Assembly: GCA_951406725.2 (NCBI GenBank)
Contig: OX597817.1
Coordinates: forward strand, 162,564,001 to 162,628,000
Reading direction: 5' to 3'
DNA from: Octopus vulgaris
Taxonomy: Eukaryota
DNA length: 64,000 nucleotides
The notes under the pieces are model-generated. The model ran no database searches, was not told the origin of the DNA, and worked only from the letters and a program-made list of their open reading frames with translations. Every line of letters begins with the position of its first letter. Position 1 is the first letter of the stretch. The position numbers were made by a program, and so were the translations under genes. Below are positions 12,078-22,185 of this stretch, piece after piece.

Positions 12078-13481
12078 TATTATATAAAAATTATTGTGCA
12101 TGTGTGTGTTTGTGCATGTGTGTGTGTGTGTAGTAATTATTTTTACAAGTAGATTTTCTTCTCATCTCTAATGATCCAACTGCGAAAACAATAGTAACAG
12201 CTGTTTTCAGTTTGGCAAACAGAACCATATTTTGTTCAAAGAAACTAGTACAGAATGGCTAGAATTTGAATTTGAACTGATGACCTTGTAGTTGCCAGTT
12301 CAGTACCTCAGCACCTACTGTTCCTCCATAAAGTATGTAGCACACTACTGTACTAAACAAACTTATCTCTGATGTAATCTATTATATTACTAGTATGTAC
12401 CAATGGAAAATTAAAGGGTAATTAATATTCAGTTTTATAATTGCTTGCAGCAAACTGTATTATAAATGACTAACTGAATAAAATGGCAGAGAGCTAGCAG
12501 AACTGTTAGCATGCCAGGTTAAATGCTTAGCAGTATTTTGTCAATCCTTACGTTCTGAGTTCAAATTCCACTGAGGCCAACTTTGTCTTTTCATACTTTC
12601 AAGTTCGATAAAATAAGTACCAGTTGAGTACTGGAGCTAATGCAATTGACTTAACTACTCCTGGATAAGAGTATAAAAACTGCATCTCTCTGCCAAGCCA
12701 TGTTGAACCAGCATGGCAAAGTAGGCTCTTCAAACCAGTATGATCTCAATCTCACATCCACAGCTTCCATTGGAGGAGAGAACATGCTGAGGCCTCTGTC
12801 CTGCGGTGGACTAAACTGGAACACTTGTTGTTACAACCCAGGATAGGCTAAGTACCAGAAACATTCTGTCATTCAGTTCAATCTACTACAGTCTCATCAA
12901 AAAATTAACCTTGTTTCCAGTCAAAAGCCACCAATGTTAAATGTCTGAGATCAATTGTTGTTACTAAGGTTAAAACTATTAACTTGTTATGATGCATGAG
13001 AGCAACTTAACAAGGTAAAGTAGCTTGATGTTTATGACAGCTTTTTACATTCCACTCACTGCTGCACTGTTTTCCAAGCTCTAGAACCATACCAGTAATT
13101 GTATCGACCTTATATTCCTGTTATGTTGTAATATAGATGACAATATTAAATACTGTTTTCATCCCTAATATAGGTTAATAAAATTAAAAACTAGAATTGT
13201 ACTGCTACCAATATTATTATTACATAACCAGTATTATTGTAGTCCTAGATATGACTTTAAACTTCATCTAGTTGTGAGGCCCTGACTCAGGAGCTCCAGG
13301 ATTTTGAGTATTATGGAACCATCGCTTAACCACTATTGTTCCTAGACCTACTCTAACTTAGACTAGTAGCATCTTTCAGGGTCCCGGATAGGGGTTAAAA
13401 AGAATGTAACCACCCAAATTAGGGTACATTGAAAAGGAGGATGTGAAATATTTCATGAATGAACTTATTGAGTCCATGGCA

Positions 13482-13720
13482 AATACCTATTTCTTTACTA
13501 CCCACAAGGGGCTAAACACAGAGATGACAAACAAGGACAGACAAACAGATTAAGTCGATTATATCGACCCCAGTGCGTAACTGGTACTTATTTAATCGAC
13601 CCCGAAAGGATGAAAGGCAAAGTCGATCTCGGCGTAGTTTGAACTCAGAACATAGCGGCAGACGATATACCACAAAGCATTTCGCCCAGTATGCTAACAT
13701 TTCTCCCAGCTCGCCGCCTT
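13482..13720 (-). mobile_element. tRNA-derived SINE family B (Meta-domain-like GCCTTTCATCCTTTCGGGGTCGAT)
   Basis: Flanked by TSD GTCCATGGC; other copies at ~24200-24620 (tandem), 37135-37372 (TSD AGGTAATTAGTAGCACT), 59413-59620, 12484-12660, 24757-24900. Confidence 0.88.
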
Positions 13721-14736
13721 AATTTGTCCATGGCGGATGCCACTAGATGATGAGCAGATGAACAGACAGACAACAAACTGTCAATGGCTAGGATCAACCA
13801 GTTCAATTAGCAAACTACTGCCATTATCCATAGTCATGGCATGCACAGTTGAGATATTTCAGCAAGCAAAAGACCAATATGATCAAAACCCAGGTCAGGA
13901 GTTCATGTCATATTGTTCAATTCAGACATCTTAGACATTAAAGAGTTACATTGATCCAGGCAAGTTGCTCGACCAGATTATTGTTAAATTTATTGTGGTT
14001 AAGTTTGGCTGATATAAAATGTGTGGTTATGCTATAAAAGAGACTCATGTCTATACTGTGTCACATCCATCGTCTCTACCTGCAGTCATCTAATCATGAT
14101 GTTGATAATATTTTAACCTGTGACATGTATCAGACTATGATGCCAAAGATCAGACTCTTTGCTACATGCCCAACTTCAGTTTTTAATTTACATCTCTTAT
14201 GGCTTCCATGTCGGTGGCACGTAAAAAGCACCATCCGAATTGTGGCCGAAGCCAGTGCCGCCTCGACTGGCTTCCGTGCAGGTGGCACGTAAAATGCACC
14301 AATCCGACCGTGGCCGATGCCAGCCTCGCCTGGCACCAGTGCAGGTAGCACGTAAAAAGCACCCACTACACTCACGGAGCGGTTGGTGTTAGGAAGGGCA
14401 TCCAGCTGTAGAAACATTGCCAGATAAGACCGGAGCCTGGTGCAGCCTTCTGGCTTCCCAGATCCCCGGTCGAACCGTCCAACCCATGCTAGCATGGAGA
14501 ACGGATGTTAAAAGATGATGATGATGATGATCTCTGTCTCAACTCGCTTGCATGTCTAGACATGAATGAAATCAGCAAAACAAATTCATTTTCTCTACAT
14601 AACAGAAGTAATTCAAATTAATTTGTTTATATTCGCTTCATTAAATATATTATCCGGTACTTAACTAATACCATACACTAACCTCATTTTCTCATATGTT
14701 ATTGTTGTTGATTTTTCTTCCTCTTTAACTCCAGAT

Positions 14737-14998
14737 CAGTGGTCCTCAACCATTCTCCCACTATGGAACCCTTTCATTACTATTTTACTTTACTGGATCT
14801 ACTAGCTCTTCAATGTTTAAAAAAATCCTATTATTATATTTTTATAATCAAAAATAATTAGGAATTATATAAAAGAAATTGTTAAAATATTCTGTGTATC
14901 ATAGAATAATGACCAATTTATTGCATATAAATTTTGACAAAAAAATCTTATATGGGCCACCAAAGGTCTTATGCAACCTCAAGGGTTGAGAACCACTA
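14737..14998. mobile_element. hAT (Charlie/MER5-like) MITE
   Basis: CAGTGGTCCTCAACC...GGTTGAGAACCACTA with 8-bp TSD CTCCAGAT/CTCTAGAC. Confidence 0.75.
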
Positions 14999-15294
14999 CT
15001 CTAGACCATCATGAAATTGTGATCAAAATCACTCCAGCTACTATTTCCCATCTTTTTCCCAAGTACACTACATGAAGGACCACATATATCCTATGTGGTC
15101 TTCTTTTCTAAGATACTTTGGTATATCAGATAGCAATATTTATACTGTCAGGATTATTATTTGGAAGAACAAGACAAGTACTAAGCACCTACTTCCACAT
15201 AAAAAAAAATCAACTAAAACTGTGAGACTCCTAGGATGAGATGATGAAGCCTTGACGAAATGACAAGTTGCTTACTATAGTGACTATTTTGTTT

Positions 15295-15344
<50 letters not shown>

Positions 15345-15350
15345 TTTTGA

Positions 15351-15411
15351 AACCACCTGAAGAATGTCTCAAAGATGTGCTGAAATAAGACATGAAACGA
15401 TCGTAGTGGTT
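15351..15411 (+). ncRNA. Type I hammerhead ribozyme motif
   Basis: AACCAC-CTGAAGA-ATGTCT(18 nt)AGACAT-GAAACGATCGTA-GTGGTT: perfect stems I and II, palindromic stem III, GUA cleavage triplet. Confidence 0.85.
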
Positions 15412-15721
15412 ATTTATAAATGTTAAATTTCTAAATTTATATAAATTATTTTATGTATTGGCTTAAGTCTTTCTTTGTTTGATTTGCATAATAGTGGTTT
15501 TGTCTTTAGGCAATGGCCTAGTGGTTAGGGCAGCGGACTTGCGGTCGGAGGATCGCGGTTTCGATTCCCAGACTGGGCGTTGTGTGTGTTTATTGAGCGA
15601 AAAAAACACCTAAAAGCTCCACGAGGCTCCAGCAGGAGGTGGTGATCCCTGCTGTACTCTTTACACCACTCTAAAGGCGGTGCTCCAGCATGGCCGCAGT
15701 CAAATGACTGAAACAAGTACA

Positions 15722-15770
<49 letters not shown>

Positions 15771-16868
15771 TAAGCAGCTATTAGTGTAACTAGTAGTTAT
15801 ATATATATATACATGCACACTCACACACACACATGCATGCATGTGCAAACACACACACACATATCAAACTGTGTGGACTAGAATCCCTGTTCAAAGACCC
15901 CTGATATTAAATAAAGTGTTAAACACTTGTGGTATGCAAATTAGTAGCCCCAGTTTTCTGTAGCTACTGGATTTGAGGAGTATATAAACAGGTTGTCTAC
16001 TTGTCCCTCTGGGATTGGTTAAATTGACACAGACACTGCTGATGAACACCCAATAATGTTTGATAATTAATTCAGGCTCTTCATAATTTTTTAAATCCAT
16101 CTACAGAGAGATAGGTAAATTACCCCTGTTTATATATTTACTATATAGGTTATATATATATGTCTGTGTGTATGTATTTAGATATGCATATGTAAGTGTA
16201 TGTATAGCTACGTAATTAAGAAGCTAGCTTCACTGACCAGAAATTTGTGTCTTCAACTGGAGCCTGAGGCTAACCAAAGCTGCTTTGTGAGGTAATTTAA
16301 AAGAAGTAGACTATGTGAATGCAGTGTGTGTGACTTCATATTTGTGTTTATTCCCACCACCACCACTTGATAACTAGTGTTGGTTTGTTTATATTCCCTT
16401 AACTTAGTGGTTCAGCAATAAATACCAATGAGATAAGTACCAAACTTTAGAAGATAAGTACTAGGGTTGAGTTGTCCAACTAAATTCCTTCAGGTGATGC
16501 TCTAGCATGTTTGCAGACCAATGTGTGAGACAAAAGATAATTTTACACACACACACATATATATATAAATTAGAAAAAAAACACCTTTTATCAATTCAAA
16601 ATGAAAAAATTAAATTACACCATCTAGAAAATTACATATAATAGAAATATTAAATATAAGATAAAAATAAAAATACTAAACCGATGATTAAGTAATGTGC
16701 AAAATAATAAATAAAACGTATATATTTGGTATATAAAAGGTGGTCTTTTTTCTAATTGCCCCTTTTCAATGCAGCGTAGCCAAACCAGTAGGTGTCGCTT
16801 CCGACAATCTCTGTTCAAAGGTTTTATTTACCTAGCTTCGGTGGAATACATCCACTTGGTTTGGCTAC

Positions 16869-16910
16869 GCTGCATTGAAAAGGGGCAATACCCCGAAACG
16901 CGTCTGTAGC
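16869..16910 (+). ncRNA. Minimal hammerhead motif, U3-A8 core variant (copy 1)
   Basis: GCTGCA-TTGAAAA-GGGG(CAATA)CCCC-GAAACGCGTC-TGTAGC. Confidence 0.75.
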
Positions 16911-17231
16911 TGCCGGCCAAGTAGTGTGGAGCGACTGACCTCCCTTGTTCAAAGGTTATATGGATACAGTTTGTGTATCAAATAGCTAACTTAAGGCGAT
17001 GGCCTCATGAAGCTAATAAGCGGTCAGCTTTATTCTTATTTTTATAAGAATGCTATATTAGTATGGTGATAACTAATATTTTCCGGGAACGCTGCCGTTG
17101 TTCTCTTTTAGAGAGACTTAGTAATTTTAATATTTCTATTATTGAAAACAAGTGGATGTATTCCACCGAAGTTAGGTAAATAAAACCTTTGAACAGAGAT
17201 TGTCGGAAGCGACACCTACTGGTTTGGCTAC

Positions 17232-17273
17232 GGTGCATTGAAAAGGGGCAATACCCCGAAACGCGTCTGTAGC
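17232..17273 (+). ncRNA. Minimal hammerhead motif, U3-A8 core variant (copy 2)
   Basis: Tandem copy 363 nt downstream; one stem I substitution. Confidence 0.7.
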
Positions 17274-18289
17274 TGCCGGCCAAGTAGTGTGGAGCGACTG
17301 ACCTCCCTTGTTCAAAGGTTATATGGATACAGTTTGTGTATCAAATAGCTAACTTAAGGCGATGGCCTCATGGAGCTAATAAGCGGTCAGCTTTATTCTT
17401 ATTTTTATAAGAATGCCATATTAGTATGGCGATAACTAATATTTTCCGGGAATGCTGCCGTTGTTCTCTTTTAGAGAGACTTAGTAATTTTAATATTTCT
17501 ATTATATATATATATATATATATATGCTATATGGTTCTGGGTTTAGTCTCACAGATGTGAGGGGCAAAGAATTTTAATATTTCTTAAGTGGTCACGGCTG
17601 TTTCATATGACTCTGAGTAACATAATGTATCTCACAATAAACTATGAAACAGGTGTAACCACTACAGAAATATTAAAATATGTTGCTACATCCATTTCTT
17701 GGATTTTCATTCTTTATATAATCAGTCAAATGATTCAGATAACTAGTGCTCATAGTGTTGTGTTGGTCACTCTCAAATCTTCTGAGAACACTCAGAAAAA
17801 TATGATGTGAGAGGAATTATGGATAAAATTTGAAGTACAGTTCTAGAGAAATATTGAAAGTCAGAAAGGTAGTATCTCTGCCTCAAAAATTAATGACATC
17901 ATTTGTCCAATGTTTTTGATTGTCATTTTACACCTAAAATATTTGCCTGAATTAGAGATTACATCTCTCAACCTACTTGGGAGAAAAAGAAGATGCAGTT
18001 GATTTAAAGTTTGTTTCTTGTATTATTTCCATGAGTAAACACACCACATATATTATATAATGGTACGCAAGATTCTGTAGAAAAACCAAGAGAGACTTTA
18101 TACCAACACTGTTAAAATATATAGATAAATAGATAGTTATGGCTGATTTATAGGGTTGTCTAGGTTTTCACATCCATAAAGCACAGTCTTTACACTCTTT
18201 ACAGTCTTTCTTCAAACCCTAAATTTATTGGCCTATGACCTTTCTAGCAAATAGCCTCTCCAGCAAATGACCTCTCTAGAAAATGGAGG

Positions 18290-18627
18290 CGAAAAAGACT
18301 GTAATTATTTGTCAACAACAAGGGATTGTCTCCCTTTGATTGCTATCCATAATTGACCTTGTTGGCTTGTGGGTCCCAGGACGTTAGCAGGAATTTCTTG
18401 AAGTGCAAGTAGGCTCCAAAAATTGCCATCCTGGAGTTAAGGATGTTCCCCAGGTTGAATGGAATCCTTTAACATCCTCATCCATTTGGCTATGCACAGC
18501 TTACCACACTTGGTCCCGTTGATGTAGGAGCCTGGATTTTCTAGGATCTTCCATGGTATTATGTATGGAGTTACTTCGTCTTTCAGTCGCCATACATGGC
18601 TGGCTAAAGACATAGCATATCTCCTGC
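18290..18627 (-). mobile_element. Penelope-like element 3' fragment (GIY-YIG C-terminus)
   Basis: SLASHVWRLKDEVTPYIIPWKILENPGSYINGTKCGKLCIAK; same family as 5148-5395. Confidence 0.85.
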
Positions 18628-18942
18628 TTGAGTTAGGGGTGGGGGAAGGGTATCTTTTTTTCTTCACAAATGTAAATAAACCCAATTTGTTTCTTAATCG
18701 AGGGACATATTCATTATGCACAGAATGTTGTTTACATCAATGGAGGTAATCGATTGGTTAAAATTGAAGAAATGCAAGAAATTAAAGTCGAAATTTGTTA
18801 GAAACTATAGAATTTTCTCAATAAAGCCAAGAGAAAATGATGTTTTATAAACACATTCTACCAGTATACAAAGTTTAAAATTATTTAGTTACCTAGAAAT
18901 TATGTTACAAACTGCCGTTCAAACCGTAAAGATCCAAATAAA

Positions 18943-18978
<36 letters not shown>

Positions 18979-20268
18979 CGAGGGACGTTCAATAAGTAAT
19001 GCCTCTGACCCACTTGCAGTTGTTTGATCTAGCTGAAATTTTGCATGTGCAATCATTTATATCTCTAAAGAGTAAGTGGCAAATTACAGTTCTGAATTAA
19101 TTGTGGTTTCTGATTTACAGGTGTTTGAACCGAGTCAAGTGTGAAATGGAGCCTGTTGAGTGTCGAGCAGTGATCCGGTTTTTGTATTTGAAAGGACGCA
19201 CACCACGGGAGACTTTTGATGAAATGAAAGTAACGTATGGTGATGATGCCCCATCATATGACCTTGTAAAACGCTGGCATCGTGAATTCAAACATGGTCG
19301 GAACTCTGTGGAAACAGCTCCCAGATCTGGTCGCCCCCTTCTGCCATTGATGGGGCATCTGTCTGTCAAGTTGAGGCTGCCATTTTGGAAGATCGACGCA
19401 TAATTATTCGCCAAATAGCCCATGAGGTCAAGATTAGTACCGGGTCTGTGGAAACTATCATTCATGACCATTTGCATATGCAAAAGGTGTCTGCCAGATT
19501 GATTCCCAGGTTGCTCACGCCTTTCCAGAAGCAAGAACGCGTCGAGTGCTCGAGGGTGAATTTGGAGATGTGCCAAGAAGATGAGTCAAAATTTTTCAAA
19601 AGACTGATTACACAGGATGAAACCTGGGTCCATCACGATGATCCAGAGACCAAAGCCCAGTCAATGCAGTGGAAGCACCGTGACTCGCCCCCTCCAAAGA
19701 AGGCAAGGGTGCAGCCCTCCGCTGGCAAGGTCATGCTCACAGTCTTCTGGGACCAGGACGGAGTAGTGATGACAGATTTCCTGGCAAAAGGTACCACAAT
19801 TGCAGGAGCCTATTATGCTTCACTTTTGAGGAAATTAAGAGAAGTTATCAAAATCAAGAGGCGGGCAAGATCAGCAAAGGCATCCTCCTCCTGCAGGACA
19901 ACGCTCCGGTCCACAACTCGCTTGTCGCCAGATCAGAAGAACAGGCGTATGGCTATGAACTCCTCCCCATCCCCCCTACTTTCCTGACCTTGCACCCTCT
20001 GATTTTCACCTCTTCCCAATCATGAAGTTGTTTTTGAAAGGAAAGCGTTTCCCAGATGATGCAGCCTTGATTTCTGAAGTCACGTTGAGGTTGGAGGACC
20101 AAGCTAGGTTCTTCTACAAAAACGGTCTCCAGACCCGCATCAAACGATGGGAGAAATGCGTAACTCTGGGTAATTCCTATGTAGAAAAAGACTAATAACT
20201 GTGCCAAGTTTCGTTGCTCTACTGCTATAGGAAGTGGGTCAGGGGCATTACTTATTGAACGCCCCTCG
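18979..20268 (+). mobile_element. Near full-length mariner (DD34D) transposon, 1290 bp
   Basis: TIRs CGAGGGACGTTCAATAAGTAATGCC / GGCATTACTTATTGAACGCCCCTCG with TA flanks inside a (TA)n tract; transposase motifs TQDETW, LLQDNAPVH, HPPYFPDLAPSDFHLF. Confidence 0.95.
19146..20195 (+). pseudogene. Mariner transposase with two frameshifts
   Basis: MEPVECRAVIRFLYLKG...RSGRP (19146), frameshift near 19340 into ORF 19385..19987, second frameshift near 19865, ends GNSYVEKD*. Confidence 0.9.
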
Positions 20269-20500
20269 TATATATATATATATATATATATATAACTACA
20301 AAATTAGAGAATGGAGAAACATACTTAAATCAGTAAAACATCAACTATCCGATGATACTCAATCCATACTTTAATACACCATTACATATGAGTAAAGGCA
20401 ATATATAAAATGAAATGAGATATACAGTAATAGTAAAAGTAAAAATAAAAAGATAAAGAGATATAAGTAAAAAATTTCAAATATAATATGCAAATAAATC

Positions 20501-20616
20501 AAAACTGACAGCTGTTTCGGCAGTGAGGACAGTCATACCTCATTTAACCTATAAGCCATAAAGGCAGGTATAAATGAGGCATTAACAAGGATGCCCCACG
20601 GCCTCTTCAGAGAATT
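20501..20616 (-). ncRNA. Type I hammerhead motif with long stem II
   Basis: Minus strand CT-CTGAAGA-GGC...(ATGCCTCATTT/AAATGAGGTAT)...GCC-GAAACAGCTGTC-AG; stem I weak. Confidence 0.65.
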
Positions 20617-20850
20617 AAATTAAATTTGTTATAATAGTGAAAAATATTATATAATCATATACATATAAATATAAAAATATAAAAATGTAAAATATAAAAA
20701 CTTATACATCATAATGCTACACTTATATAATATAATACACATTTGTACAAAAAGGAAGGTAAACAGAACAAAATAAAACAAAATATATAACAGTGTATAT
20801 ATTAATATTAATAAGTACCGATATTATACATATTTGGCTAATAGTTTTTT

Positions 20851-20887
<37 letters not shown>

Positions 20888-20975
20888 GCTAACACATATG
20901 GAGATGAAAAATAATAATTAAATCCGTGGTACAGTTCATAAAATTCTAAAGCTATAAAAGTTAATAAAAATTACT

Positions 20976-21033
<58 letters not shown>

Positions 21034-21906
21034 TAATAAAAATAGATACAGTTAAGTTAGCACCAAGTCCATCCTTTCAAGATCGAAATAACTATGAGTT
21101 AAGAAATGCTGACCACTAGGTAAAGAAAATTTAGATTAATTCGATTGGCTATTGGTTTGAAATTTAAATCACAAAAGAAAATTATACGGTTGGTTAGTCA
21201 GGGAACGCCAATATTCACACACGCATCTACAGATCAATCGCACATACACACATAGTTATATGTATATACATACACTTATACACATACATAATCACAAGCA
21301 ACAACTAGCACTTAGATAAACAAAAAGGGAAGCAACTATGCTAACATTTAGTCCTTCAAAATTATAACTGAGCCTCAATAACAAAAAAAGAACCATCCAT
21401 GCATTCTATAAAATATTTAATTTAGATATAAATATATTTTTAAATATCAGTATGTTACTAATTCAGATAATATATATATATATATATATATTTAATCAAT
21501 ATAGGGTGGCAAAAAAATTTTGTAGAATTCTTTTGCCACCAGCGGCCTAGTAGGAAAAAATTAAAATAGTCATAGACCATTTTTAAGTTCAACATCAACA
21601 ATAAAGGAACGGCCATAATAGGCCATTCACCCACTAGAAATAACAGCCAAAGCTTCAACCGCAAATAAAAGTTAATTCAGTAAACCAGGAGAAAATTTAA
21701 AAACATTTACCCTGTAATTTTTTTTTTTGCCACCCTATATTGATTAATTATGAATTTTCTGGTTAATTCCGTAATGGAATCGACGGCTTATATTTATTTG
21801 CTGCCGATAAATTTGGCGCGAGTGCGACGATTTTAAAATTTTAGGTCAGATATAAACTTGGCAACGTCGGAAATGCCTCGTGAAAATATCTGTTCCGTCT
21901 TGGGCT

Positions 21907-22013
21907 ATTTCTTACTGAAGAATCTGAGGGCCTGTGGAAGATTGGCTTGATTTAATTTAATCAGGTTAGTTTACCATTAATCAGCAGATGAAACGGTATA
22001 TCGTATAAGAAAT
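21907..22013 (+). ncRNA. Type I hammerhead ribozyme motif
   Basis: ATTTCTTA-CTGAAGA-ATCTG(58 nt)CAGAT-GAAACGGTATATCGTA-TAAGAAAT: 8-bp stem I, GUA triplet. Confidence 0.85.
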
Positions 22014-22133
22014 TACAGGGTAAATGTTTTTTAAATTTTCTCCTGGTTTACTGAATTAACTTTTATTTGCGGTTGAAGCTTTGGCTGTTATTTCTAGTGG
22101 GTGAATGGCCTATTATGGCCGTTCCTTTATTGT

Positions 22134-22185
<52 letters not shown>

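Larger units (their letters stand above)
16757..17503 (+). repeat. Tandem repeat (363-bp period) plus an inverted 5' fragment (PLE pseudo-LTR / retrozyme-like)
   Basis: 16859-17142 is repeated at 17222-17503; 16757-16858 is the reverse complement of 17150-17250; ends at (TA)n. Confidence 0.85.

Noticed and set aside
15508-15580. tRNA-like sequence
   Set aside because: Head of SINE family C, with another copy at 36105-36410.
19115-19576. 153-aa minus-strand ORF
   Set aside because: Antisense shadow of the mariner transposase.
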